This document shows positions 19,579 through 28,281 of a DNA stretch of 46,422 bases, piece after piece; the stretch's first letter is position 1, and each line of letters begins with the position of its first letter. Below the pieces are notes generated by a model. The model had not been told where the DNA came from, did no database searches, and saw nothing but the letters and a program-made list of their open reading frames with translations. The stretch comes from an uncultured Clostridia bacterium (GTDB lineage: Bacteria > Bacillota > Clostridia > Lachnospirales > CAG-274), in assembly GCA_944383875.1 (NCBI GenBank), contig CALWRD010000120.1:1-46422 (forward strand), given 5' to 3'. Made by a program: the position numbers and the translations under genes.

Positions 19579-20748
19579 ATGAAAAAGAAATTGATGGCGT
19601 TGACCTTAGTATCCGCAATGGCGTTTTCGGCTGTACTTTCCGGCTGTGGCGGTTCGGGGGAAGAGTCGGCAGATGCGGGCAATACGATTAAAATAGGTGT
19701 ATTTGAGCCTATAACAGGCAGTATGGCTGCCGGCGGAGCTATACAGATTGAGGGTATTGAGCTTGCTCATTCCGAAAGACCTACCGTTACAATAGGCGGA
19801 GAGGAATATAATGTAGAACTTGTGCAGGCTGATAACAAGTCAGATAAGGTTGAGGCTGCTAATGCCGTTACTAAGCTGATTGAGGAAGATGAGGTAGCAA
19901 TTATCCTTGGTTCTTATTCTTCAACTCCTTCTCTCGGTGCATATGACGTTGTAAAAAACGGTGATGTTGCGGCTATCGGTCTCAGTTGTACAAATCCTGC
20001 CGTAACAGCGGGCAATGACAACTATTTCAGAATTTGCTTTACAGACCCTTATCAGGGACAGGTAATGGCTAACTATGCTTACAATACTCTTGGTGCAAGA
20101 ACCGCTGCTGTTACAACAGAGCAGGGCAATGACTATTCCGTAGGTCTTGCACAGTACTTTAAGGAGTCATTTGAAGAGCTTGGCGGTACAGTATACGAGG
20201 CGGCTTATCAGACAGGCGATCAGGACTTTAACGCACAGATAACAAGTCTTAATGCAAACAATCCCGATGTGTTCTTTGTACCCGGTAACTTCACTGAGGC
20301 AGCTATGTTTATCAAGCAGGCAAGACAGGCTGGCGTAACAGCTACCATGCTTGGCGGTGATACATATGAGGTTCAGGAATTTATTGACGTGTGCGGTGCA
20401 CAGGAGGCAGAGGGCGTTCAGTTCTCAGCTCTCTTTGACCCAGAAGCTGATCTTACTCCTCTTACACAGGAGTTCGTTCAGAACTACAGGGATAACAATG
20501 ACGGACAGGATCCTGCAAGTGAAACGGCACTTGGTTACGATGGTTATAATATAGCTTGTGATGCTATTGAGGCAGCTAACTCAACAGATCCCGTAGCTAT
20601 CAGGGATGCACTTGCTGCTATCGACTTTGTAGGTGTTACAGGTGAGGTTCAGTTCGATGAAAACGGTGATCCTACAAAGGAGGCTGTTATCAAGGAAGTA
20701 CAGGACGGAAAATTTGTACTGAAGGATCAGGCAGGTATTGCTGAGTGA
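19579..20748 (+). CDS. Branched-chain amino acid ABC transporter substrate-binding lipoprotein (LivJ/LivK family)
   Basis: ATG 19579 lies 9 nt after AGGAGG. MKKKLMALTLVSAMAFSAVLSGCGG is a signal peptide with a lipobox. The body has a type I periplasmic-binding fold. The tracked ORF start at 19552 is a likely over-extension. Confidence 0.88.
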   Translation: MKKKLMALTLVSAMAFSAVLSGCGGSGEESADAGNTIKIGVFEPITGSMAAGGAIQIEGIELAHSERPTVTIGGEEYNVELVQADNKSDKVEAANAVTKLIEEDEVAIILGSYSSTPSLGAYDVVKNGDVAAIGLSCTNPAVTAGNDNYFRICFTDPYQGQVMANYAYNTLGARTAAVTTEQGNDYSVGLAQYFKESFEELGGTVYEAAYQTGDQDFNAQITSLNANNPDVFFVPGNFTEAAMFIKQARQAGVTATMLGGDTYEVQEFIDVCGAQEAEGVQFSALFDPEADLTPLTQEFVQNYRDNNDGQDPASETALGYDGYNIACDAIEAANSTDPVAIRDALAAIDFVGVTGEVQFDENGDPTKEAVIKEVQDGKFVLKDQAGIAE

Positions 20749-20784
20749 TCCTTAAAGTGAATTATTAAGGCTAACAGCGGCCGC

Positions 20785-20813
20785 AAGGGGGATGTTTTTT
20801 ACATTCCCCCTTT
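20785..20813 (+). promoter_or_regulatory. Intercistronic hairpin after the binding-protein gene
   Basis: AAGGGGGATGT-TTTT-ACATTCCCCCTT (one bulge), 37 nt after the stop. This placement is typical for setting an excess of binding protein over permease. Confidence 0.45.
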
Positions 20814-20910
20814 GTGCCGTTTGACATATGCCTGTATCTCAAAGCATTGACGGCAGCCTGCTTTGAAATACATACATCTGTATGTTAAATTATTTGAAAG
20901 GGTGATAAAA

Positions 20911-21828
20911 ATGAGTTGGTTTGTATTGCCTACGGGTGATGTGCTGGCGCAGCAGCTTTGCAACGGTCTGCTGCTGGGCAGTCTGTTTGCTCTTGTGGCG
21001 GTGGGCTATACCATGGTTTACGGTATATTAAGGCTCATCAACTTTGCTCATTGCGATATATTTATGATGGCTATGTACATAGCGTTTTTTACCGTTGCCG
21101 ACGATTACAGAATGTGGGGCTTGAGCTTTATATTGGTTATTGTTGCTACAGCAGCTTTGGGTGTTTTACTTGAAAAGTCGGCTTATGCTCCTCTCAGGCG
21201 GCAGAATGCTCCTAAGCTTTCAATGCTTATTTCGGCCATAGGTGCCTCCTATTTTCTGGAAAACCTTGCAACGGTTCTATTTACGGGAAGACCTAAGACT
21301 TTCCCACAGATTCCTTTTTTTGTGGATATGATGCAGATAGGTCCGGTAAGACTTCAAAGACTTGCCATTATTGTACCTATTGTAACCATAGTACTTATGG
21401 TGGTATTGGTTTTGCTTATCAATAAGACTAAGAGCGGTATGGCTATGAGGGCAGTATCCAAGGATCTGGAAACAGCCAAGCTTATGGGTATCAATGTTAA
21501 TGCTACCATATCCTTTACCTTTGCAATAGGTTCCGCTATTGCGGCTGTGGGTGCTATCCTTTGGGGACTTAAGTATCCTCAGATTTCCCCTCTTGTAGGT
21601 GTTATGCCGGGACTTAAGTGCTTTATTGCAGCTGTTATCGGTGGTATAGGCAATGTCAAGGGTGCTGTTATCGGCGGTGTGCTGCTTGGTTTTATTGAGG
21701 TTATGGCAGTTACCTTCTGCCCATCCATATCGGCATACAAGGATATATTCTCATTTGTATTGCTTATAGTTATACTTCTGTTCAGACCTAACGGTATTAT
21801 CGGCGAAAAGCTTGCCGAGAAAGTCTAA
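20911..21828 (+). CDS. livH: Branched-chain amino acid ABC transporter permease (LivH family)
   Basis: About 305 aa, polytopic. MSWFVLPTGDVLAQQLCNGLLLGSLFALVAVGYTMVYG matches the LivH N-terminus. ATG 20911 is preferred to the tracked TTG 20863. Confidence 0.88.
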   Translation: MSWFVLPTGDVLAQQLCNGLLLGSLFALVAVGYTMVYGILRLINFAHCDIFMMAMYIAFFTVADDYRMWGLSFILVIVATAALGVLLEKSAYAPLRRQNAPKLSMLISAIGASYFLENLATVLFTGRPKTFPQIPFFVDMMQIGPVRLQRLAIIVPIVTIVLMVVLVLLINKTKSGMAMRAVSKDLETAKLMGINVNATISFTFAIGSAIAAVGAILWGLKYPQISPLVGVMPGLKCFIAAVIGGIGNVKGAVIGGVLLGFIEVMAVTFCPSISAYKDIFSFVLLIVILLFRPNGIIGEKLAEKV

Positions 21829-21842
21829 GGAGGTGCGGTAGT

Positions 21843-22928
21843 ATGACTAAGAGTGAACATAGAAAAAGAAATACAATACTTAATCTTATTATGCTTGCGG
21901 CGCTTATCGGTTTCCTTGTCTGGGGACAGGAGGGTGACGGCTTTGGTACATACAACAGACGTATATTTATGACATGCTGTACCTATGCTATCTGCGCACT
22001 TTCCATGAATATGGTAAACGGCTTTACGGGACTTTTCTCACTGGGTCAGCCGGGTTTTATGGCTATCGGTGCCTATGTTGTTGCTATCCTTACGGTAAGT
22101 CCTGAGGATAAAAGGGCAATCTATATGATAGAGCCTATTTCTGATTTTATGGCAAACCTTCAGGCTCCGTTTTTCCTTGCACTTATTATAGGCGGTCTGA
22201 TTGCAGCCTTGTTTGCCTTTTTGATAGGATTCCCTGTGCTCAGGCTTAAGGGAGATTATCTTGCCATAGCTACACTTGGATTTTCCGAGATAATAAGAAT
22301 ATGTATTACCAATATGCAGGGAATTACAAACGGTCCTACAGGTATTAACCGCATCCCAAATGATTATATGAATATGTATGTAGTCTGTGGAATACTTGCC
22401 CTTATTGTGGCGTTTATGATTGCTTTTATGAAGACCAGCTACGGCAGGGCTATGCTTGCTATCCGTGAGGACGAAGTGGCTGCCCAGGCTATGGGTATCA
22501 ATCTGTTTAAGAATAAAATGCTTGCATTTGTGCTGAGCGGCTTTTTTGCAGGTGTAGGCGGCGGTTTGCTTGCTTCCCTTGTAGGCGCTATAGGTCCCGA
22601 CCAGTTTAAGTTTACCGTAGCTTATGATATTTTGCTGATGGTGGTACTGGGTGGTCAGGGTTCCGTAACGGGTACCGTTGTGGGTGCTTTCATAGTCAGG
22701 ATCGCCCTTGAAAAGCTCCGTTTCCTTGATGAGCCTATTGACTTCGGCTTCTGGGAATATCCCGGTATCGGCGGTATGCGTATGGTTGTATTCTCAGCCT
22801 TGCTTATGCTTGTTATCATTCTTTGGCGTCGTGGTATTTTCGGCAACAAGGAATTCAGCTGGGACAGCTTTTTCGCCTTTTTCCAAAGGCTCTTTGCCAG
22901 ATTTAAGAAAAAGGGGGTTGCTGAATAA
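21843..22928 (+). CDS. livM: Branched-chain amino acid ABC transporter permease (LivM family)
   Basis: 361 aa, polytopic. NGFTGLFSLGQPGFMAIGAY and LRLKGDYLAIATLGFSEI motifs. AAGGAGG RBS. Confidence 0.88.
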   Translation: MTKSEHRKRNTILNLIMLAALIGFLVWGQEGDGFGTYNRRIFMTCCTYAICALSMNMVNGFTGLFSLGQPGFMAIGAYVVAILTVSPEDKRAIYMIEPISDFMANLQAPFFLALIIGGLIAALFAFLIGFPVLRLKGDYLAIATLGFSEIIRICITNMQGITNGPTGINRIPNDYMNMYVVCGILALIVAFMIAFMKTSYGRAMLAIREDEVAAQAMGINLFKNKMLAFVLSGFFAGVGGGLLASLVGAIGPDQFKFTVAYDILLMVVLGGQGSVTGTVVGAFIVRIALEKLRFLDEPIDFGFWEYPGIGGMRMVVFSALLMLVIILWRRGIFGNKEFSWDSFFAFFQRLFARFKKKGVAE

Positions 22929-23692
22929 TGGCTTTGCTTGAAACTAAAGACGCTACGATACGTTTCGGCGGACTTGTAGCTGTCAATCTTCTTAATATAG
23001 AGGTAAACGAGGGTGAAATAGTAGCTATTATCGGACCTAACGGTGCAGGTAAAACTACAGCGTTTAACCTTATTACAGGTGTGTATGAGCCAACCGAGGG
23101 CGAGATTCTGCTGAACGGTAAACGTATCAACGGCAAGCGCCCGGATGAAATAGCTAAGCTGGGTATTGCACGTACCTTCCAGAATATAAGGCTTTTTAAG
23201 GACTTGACCGTACTTGAAAATGTGCTTATAGCAACTCATCTGAATATAAAGACAGGTCTTTTCTCCTCCGTGCTTAAGCTGCCGAATGCACGTAAAGAGG
23301 AAAAGGAAATGATAGACTTTGCCCTTTCTCTGTTAAGGGAAACGGGTCTTGAACAGTATAAGGATGACATTGCTTCAAGCCTGCCTTACGGTCTGCAAAG
23401 GCGCCTTGAAATAGCCCGTGCACTGGCTACCAAGCCACATATCCTCCTGCTTGATGAGCCTGCTGCCGGTATGAATCCTAAGGAAAGTGAGGATCTTACT
23501 TCTTTTATTAAGGAAATAAGGGATAAGTTTAACCTTACTATACTGCTGATTGAGCATCATATGCAGCTTGTTATGGATATTTCCGACAGAATATATGTGC
23601 TGGAATACGGCATTACAATCGCTAAGGGTGTACCCGCCGAGATCCAGTCCAACCCTGTAGTTATCAAAGCATATCTTGGAGAGGGGGATTAA
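22928..23692 (+). CDS. livG: Branched-chain amino acid ABC transporter ATP-binding protein (LivG family)
   Basis: 254 aa; Walker A GPNGAGKTT, LPYGLQRRLEIARAL, LLLDEPAAGM. The start overlaps the livM stop. Confidence 0.9.
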   Translation: MALLETKDATIRFGGLVAVNLLNIEVNEGEIVAIIGPNGAGKTTAFNLITGVYEPTEGEILLNGKRINGKRPDEIAKLGIARTFQNIRLFKDLTVLENVLIATHLNIKTGLFSSVLKLPNARKEEKEMIDFALSLLRETGLEQYKDDIASSLPYGLQRRLEIARALATKPHILLLDEPAAGMNPKESEDLTSFIKEIRDKFNLTILLIEHHMQLVMDISDRIYVLEYGITIAKGVPAEIQSNPVVIKAYLGEGD

Positions 23693-24409
23693 TTGGTGCT
23701 TGAAATAAAAAACTTAAAGGTTAAGTACGGCGGTATAGTTGCACTTAACGGCATAAATATGACTATCCCCGATGGCAAAATCGTTACCCTTGTAGGTGCA
23801 AACGGTGCAGGCAAATCAACTACCCTGCGCTCAATTACCAAGCTGGTTACTCCTGCAGAGGGAAGTATCACCTATGACGGCAAGGAACTTACCACAATGT
23901 CCACACAGGATATAGTTAAGCTGGGCATTACCCTTGTTCCCGAAGGTCGTCACGTATTTGCGGATATGACGGTTGAAGAAAATCTTAAAATCGGTGCTTA
24001 CCTGCGTAAAGATAAGCAGAATTTAAGGCAGGAAATAGAGTTTATCCATGAAATGTTCCCTATACTTAAAAAGAGGTCGGGACAGCTCAGCGGTACACTC
24101 TCCGGTGGTGAGCAGCAGATGCTTGCTGTAGGTCGTGCCCTTATGAGCAAGCCTAAGCTGCTTATGATGGATGAGCCTAGTCTTGGTCTTGCACCCCTTG
24201 TTATTAAGGATATTTTTGAAATAATTAAAAAGGTTAATAAGGAACAGGGCATGACTATCCTCCTTATTGAGCAGAACGCTAATGCGGCTCTTAAGATTGC
24301 CGATTACGGTTATGTTATGGAAACAGGTACTATTGGACTTGAGGGCACCGGCGAGGAGCTGCTTGCCAATGAAAGGGTCAAGGAGCTTTATCTGGGTAAA
24401 AGTAAATAA
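23693..24409 (+). CDS. livF: Branched-chain amino acid ABC transporter ATP-binding protein (LivF family)
   Basis: 238 aa; GANGAGKST, LSGGEQQMLAVGRAL, LMMDEPSLGLAP. Start is TTG 23693 or GTG 23696. Confidence 0.9.
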   Translation: MVLEIKNLKVKYGGIVALNGINMTIPDGKIVTLVGANGAGKSTTLRSITKLVTPAEGSITYDGKELTTMSTQDIVKLGITLVPEGRHVFADMTVEENLKIGAYLRKDKQNLRQEIEFIHEMFPILKKRSGQLSGTLSGGEQQMLAVGRALMSKPKLLMMDEPSLGLAPLVIKDIFEIIKKVNKEQGMTILLIEQNANAALKIADYGYVMETGTIGLEGTGEELLANERVKELYLGKSK

Positions 24410-24421
24410 AGGTTACGTAAA

Positions 24422-24463
24422 AAGCGGCATTGCCTTCAAAGTAAAATGAAAGTAATGCCGCTT
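24422..24463. terminator. Bidirectional terminator hairpin between convergent livF and the kinase gene
   Basis: AAGCGGCATT (24422-31) / AATGCCGCTT (24454-63); a 10-bp perfect stem with a 22-nt loop. Confidence 0.65.
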
Positions 24464-24465
24464 AA

Positions 24466-25038
24466 TTATTTATCTGTTTCAAAGGTATATTCACAGTGAT
24501 TTTGTATATCAAAGGTTGTGAAATATTTTTCTTCCATGGGGATCCATTTCGTTTGAAAAGCATTTAACGCTGTCTTGCCGTTACGCTTTTCTATACGCCT
24601 TAGTTGTTCTTCGGGACTAACTGACAGAAAAATATGTATGTCATAATATTTCCACAGCTCGGGATGACAACTGTATGAGCCTTCAACAACAGTAATATTT
24701 TTAGGGTTAATGTAAATCGGCTCTGCAAAGCTAAGGGTATGGCAGTCATAGGGACGGTAGGAGAAGGATTTGCCTTCCTTTAAAGGTATCAGTACTTCTT
24801 CCTTAAACCGTTCATAGTCAACATTTCCCCCTGCTTCCTTTAATCGTTCTTCTGTACGCTGTTCTTTTCTCAGAAAAAAATGATCCATATGTATTATATT
24901 GCAGTTAAGTTCCTTTTGCAGCATTGCAGCGATGGTGGTTTTTCCCGAGGCGGCTCTGCCATCTATTGCAATGAGCAGGGGATAATCTGTTATTTTATTT
25001 ATTGCAGGCAGCAGTGTACTGAGAATATCTTCCGTCAT
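24466..25038 (-). CDS. P-loop kinase of the uridine kinase / nicotinamide riboside kinase-like family
   Basis: 190 aa; LIAIDGRAASGKTTIAAMLQKELNCNIIHMDHFF (Walker A followed by a DxFF-type motif). The start overlaps the stop of the upstream S-component gene (ATGA). Confidence 0.8.
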   Translation of the reverse strand: MTEDILSTLLPAINKITDYPLLIAIDGRAASGKTTIAAMLQKELNCNIIHMDHFFLRKEQRTEERLKEAGGNVDYERFKEEVLIPLKEGKSFSYRPYDCHTLSFAEPIYINPKNITVVEGSYSCHPELWKYYDIHIFLSVSPEEQLRRIEKRNGKTALNAFQTKWIPMEEKYFTTFDIQNHCEYTFETDK

Positions 25039-25607
25039 TGTTTTTTCTCCGTATTAATTACGGCAGTATGCTGTTTTTTGAACTTTACAAGACCGGTTCT
25101 GTTAAGTTCAAGCATAATCACCGGGATAAGTATGAGCTGAAGTATTATACCGGGAACAGCATTTAAAAATGCCCCTGCCATAAACATCTGCCAAGTAAAT
25201 CCGCTTCCGCTTAAACCAAGTAATATTATTTGTACTATGCCCCAAACCGCACGTCCTGCCGCCATAGCGGCAATCATAGAACGATAGAGGGAAATAATAC
25301 ACTGCCAGCGTGAGCGGTTGTATAAAAAACCGATAATAAATCCATAGGTCATCAGTTCAAATGACATTGATATACCTGTAGGAAAAATTATTGGCATACC
25401 GAAGATGGAATATCTCAAAAGGGGTAGTATAAAGCCTACGATTGCACCGTACTGCCAGCCGCATATTAAGCCGCAAAGGAATACGGGTATATGCATTGGC
25501 AGCAGCATATTGCCTATCTGTGGTATTTGCCCCGTAAACAATGGCAGTACCAGACCGATGGCAAGGAACATAGCTGCCAAAGTCATATTTTTAACGTTTT
25601 TACTCAT
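25035..25607 (-). CDS. ECF transporter S component (substrate-specific membrane protein, substrate unknown)
   Basis: 190 aa with about six hydrophobic helices. MTLAAMFLAIGLVLPLFTG...LLPMHIPVFLCGLICGWQYGAIVGFILPLL is typical of the ECF_trnsprt-type S component. No ecfA/ecfT genes are adjacent. Confidence 0.75.
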   Translation of the reverse strand: MSKNVKNMTLAAMFLAIGLVLPLFTGQIPQIGNMLLPMHIPVFLCGLICGWQYGAIVGFILPLLRYSIFGMPIIFPTGISMSFELMTYGFIIGFLYNRSRWQCIISLYRSMIAAMAAGRAVWGIVQIILLGLSGSGFTWQMFMAGAFLNAVPGIILQLILIPVIMLELNRTGLVKFKKQHTAVINTEKKQ

Positions 25608-25619
25608 ATTATCCTCTCC

Positions 25620-26678
25620 TTATTCATCAACACTGACAAGGTTATAGGTACGGCTTCCGAGTCCGATTTGTTCGGCGTGTTCCAAAGTGTGAAGACCGTT
25701 GCGGGATTCGATTCTTTCAACAAGGGAAGCCCCATCCCCATCCTGTTGTTCATATACAAGGTCGATACAAGCCTGATCCAATGCAACAGGGTCCGTTGAA
25801 GCCAGTATACCTATGTCGTGCATATCAGGTTCGGCAGGATTGCCGTCACAGTCACAGTCCACCGACAGACGGTTCATTACATTGACATATGCTATGTTTT
25901 CACCGTTATTTAAGTAATCGGATACGGACTTGCCTGCCTCAGCCATGGACTCAAGAAATGGATCCTGCTCGCCGCCCCATGGGTCGGTGCTGCTCTCCCC
26001 TGCGCTGTGGATAAGGCACTTACCCTCTGTTGAGCCGAGTCCGATGGAAATATTCTTTATAGCGCCGCCGAAGCCTGCCATTGCATGACCTTTAAAGTGG
26101 GAAAGCACTAAGTAGGAGTCATAATCGGCAAAGTGAGCACCCACAAGGTTTTCTTTAAGCTGAGTGCCGCCTTCAACGGGCAGGCTCATTGAACCATCTT
26201 CATCTAAGATTCGGAAGTCGGCTATTGCCGTAAATCCGTGGTCTTCCGCTACCTGATAGTGCATGGCTGTTTCCGCACGGGAACCGCCGTAGGCTGTGTT
26301 GCACTCCACTATGGTGCCGTCAACGGACTGTACCAGATCTTTAATAAGGTCGGGATCAAGGTAATTGCTGGCAGGAGGTTCTCCCGTGGAGAGCTTAACC
26401 GCAACATTTCCCTCGGGTGTCCAGTTGAGTGCACCATATACTGCCATTAATCCTTCGGGACTTATGTCGGTGGTCATATATACAACGGGAGAAGCGGTAT
26501 CTGCCGCATCTTTATTTTCCGTACTCTCTTGTGAAGAGGTGGTGTTTTCGGTTGTTTCCGTTGTACTTTCGGTAGTTGTGGTGGTTTCGGGAATCAGAAT
26601 ATCCCCTCCACAGCCCGATAAAAGCGTGGATGTAACTGCAAGTGATGTAACAAGTGAAATGATCCTGTTATTAATCAT
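25620..26678 (-). CDS. DUF362-like lipoprotein with Thr/Ser/Glu-rich linker
   Basis: 352 aa; signal peptide plus lipobox (LLSGCGG), then the linker TTTTTESTTETTENTTSSQEST. SHFKGHAMAGFGGAIKNISIG and GILASTDPVALDQACIDLV resemble DUF362 motifs (from memory). AAAGGAGG RBS. Confidence 0.75.
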   Translation of the reverse strand: MINNRIISLVTSLAVTSTLLSGCGGDILIPETTTTTESTTETTENTTSSQESTENKDAADTASPVVYMTTDISPEGLMAVYGALNWTPEGNVAVKLSTGEPPASNYLDPDLIKDLVQSVDGTIVECNTAYGGSRAETAMHYQVAEDHGFTAIADFRILDEDGSMSLPVEGGTQLKENLVGAHFADYDSYLVLSHFKGHAMAGFGGAIKNISIGLGSTEGKCLIHSAGESSTDPWGGEQDPFLESMAEAGKSVSDYLNNGENIAYVNVMNRLSVDCDCDGNPAEPDMHDIGILASTDPVALDQACIDLVYEQQDGDGASLVERIESRNGLHTLEHAEQIGLGSRTYNLVSVDE

Positions 26679-26751
26679 AGCAAAGCCTCCTTTAAATTGC
26701 GGATTTCCCCTCCCATATATTGTTCACTGAAAAATATATTCCCTTATTACT

Positions 26752-26780
26752 ATTATAAAGCCTTGTTTATAAGATTGCAA
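26752..26780 (-). promoter_or_regulatory. Candidate sigma-A promoter of the DUF362 / ECF-S / kinase operon
   Basis: Read on the minus strand: TTGCAA (26780-75), 17 nt, TATAAT (26757-52). The leader is about 70 nt, too short for a typical riboswitch. Confidence 0.55.
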
Positions 26781-26827
26781 TTATAATAAAATGTTTACTC
26801 ATTAATTAGAGCTAATTCTCTTTATTG

Positions 26828-26856
26828 TTGACTTAAAAAAATGTTTTTGTTATCAT
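26828..26856 (+). promoter_or_regulatory. Candidate sigma-A promoter of the PNPOx-family gene
   Basis: TTGACT (26828-33), 17 nt, TATCAT (26851-56). Confidence 0.5.
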
Positions 26857-26934
26857 AGTGAAAAACGTGTCTTAGGTCAAGGCTTTATTTATTAATGTAA
26901 AGCAACTTTATTTTAGCTTGAAAGGATGATGCAT

Positions 26935-27423
26935 ATGTTCAGAAAAATGCGAAGGCATAAACAGGAGCTTTCAAAGGAAATGTGTGAGAAAATTTTGCTT
27001 AAGGGGACATCAGGGGTTCTGGCGGTTTTGGGTGATGATGATTATCCCTATGCGGTTCCTCTCAGCTATGTATATGAAGATGGTAAAATATTTTTCCACA
27101 GTGCAAGGTCGGGACATAAGATTGACGCCGTAAGGCGAAATGAAAAGGCTTCATTTTGTGTTATAGATCAGGATGAAATCGTACCGGAGGAGTATACCAC
27201 CTATTTCAGAAGTGTGATAGCTTTCGGTAAAATACGCATTATGGATGATGAAGATGAAAAGAGAAGTGCAATAGAAAGGCTTGCTCTTAAATATGCTCCC
27301 ATGGATAGTGCCGAAGGGCGTAAAAGGGCTGTTGATAAGGACTATAATGCCCTTTGTATGCTCTGCCTTGATGTAGAATATATGAGTGGGAAAGAGGCTA
27401 TTGAGCTGGTCAGGAAAAGATAA
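26935..27423 (+). CDS. Pyridoxamine 5'-phosphate oxidase family (NimA-like, FMN-binding split-barrel) protein
   Basis: MFRKMRRHKQELSKEMCEKILLKGTSGVLAVLGDDDYPYAVPLSYVYEDGKIFFHSARSGHK is the typical N-terminus of this family. ATG 26935 is preferred because the tracked ATG 26926 overlaps the AAAGGA RBS. Confidence 0.8.
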   Translation: MFRKMRRHKQELSKEMCEKILLKGTSGVLAVLGDDDYPYAVPLSYVYEDGKIFFHSARSGHKIDAVRRNEKASFCVIDQDEIVPEEYTTYFRSVIAFGKIRIMDDEDEKRSAIERLALKYAPMDSAEGRKRAVDKDYNALCMLCLDVEYMSGKEAIELVRKR

Positions 27424-27457
27424 GAAATTAAATTTAACAAAATTACAGAATATAACA

Positions 27458-27484
27458 AAAGCGGCAAATTGATTTTGCCGCTTT
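27458..27484. terminator. Bidirectional terminator between convergent genes
   Basis: AAAGCGGCAAA (27458-68) / TTTGCCGCTTT (27474-84); 11 bp perfect with a 5-nt loop. Confidence 0.75.
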
Positions 27485-27486
27485 AA

Positions 27487-28281
27487 CTATATACGTATTA
27501 TTCTTTTTACTCCGTAGCGTGGAGCTACATACATATTTACATCTCCGCCTACAACTACGCCTTCTGCCTCGAGTTTGCCCTTTACGGTTTCAAAGGCGAG
27601 CATAGGGGTATTATTTTCGTTGCTTAAGTGACCTAAGAATATATACTTAAGGGTATCGGTGATGATATCTCCAAGAATCTTTCCGCAGTTGTCGTTGCTC
27701 AGGTGTCCGAAGTCACTCAGCACCCTTTGTTTAAGAGGATATGGATAAGGTCCGCTTTTAACCATATTAACATCGTGATTACTTTCAATAAGCAGTATAT
27801 TACTGTCTTTTATATTTTCCTTAACTTCGTCTGTAATGTGTCCTATGTCTGTGGCAACGGTTATTTTTGCACTGCCGTCGGTAATGCTGTAACCCACAGG
27901 CTGGGCGGCATCATGTGGTATGGCAAAGGGCTGTATCATAAGGTCATTTATCATCAATGTTTCGCCGCTGTAAAGGGCGTTTTTGTTGGAGGGCTTAATA
28001 CGTCCCACCTTTTCGGGCATATTTTCCCAGGTGCCCTCTGTTGCATACACGGGTATGTCATACCTGCGGGACATAATGCCTACGCCGTCTACATGGTCGT
28101 TATGCTCATGGGTTACCAGCAGAGCGTCAATGTCATAGCCTGTAAGCGACAGCTCGTTAAGCCCTGCTTCAATGCGTTTGCCGCTTAAGCCCGCATCTAT
28201 GAGCAGCCTTGTATGTGACGAGGCAACATATATACAGTTTCCGCTGCTGCCGCTTGCTATACTTGCAAATTCCAGTTTCAT
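27487..28281 (-). CDS. MBL-fold metallo-hydrolase (YycJ/WalJ-like)
   Basis: 264 aa; LLIDAGLSG...ALLVTHEHNDHVDG (HxHxDH motif). The start overlaps the murA stop by 4 nt. Confidence 0.85.
   Translation of the reverse strand: MKLEFASIASGSSGNCIYVASSHTRLLIDAGLSGKRIEAGLNELSLTGYDIDALLVTHEHNDHVDGVGIMSRRYDIPVYATEGTWENMPEKVGRIKPSNKNALYSGETLMINDLMIQPFAIPHDAAQPVGYSITDGSAKITVATDIGHITDEVKENIKDSNILLIESNHDVNMVKSGPYPYPLKQRVLSDFGHLSNDNCGKILGDIITDTLKYIFLGHLSNENNTPMLAFETVKGKLEAEGVVVGGDVNMYVAPRYGVKRIIRI

Noticed and set aside
22655-23239. 194-aa minus-strand ORF
   Set aside because: It is antisense across the livM/livG junction, with no independent support.
26679-26751. Riboswitch upstream of the DUF362 / ECF-S / kinase operon
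   Set aside because: The leader is only about 70 nt from the predicted -10 to the ATG, and only weak AT-rich pairing is visible. That is too short and unstructured for the vitamin riboswitches usually found before ECF S-components.
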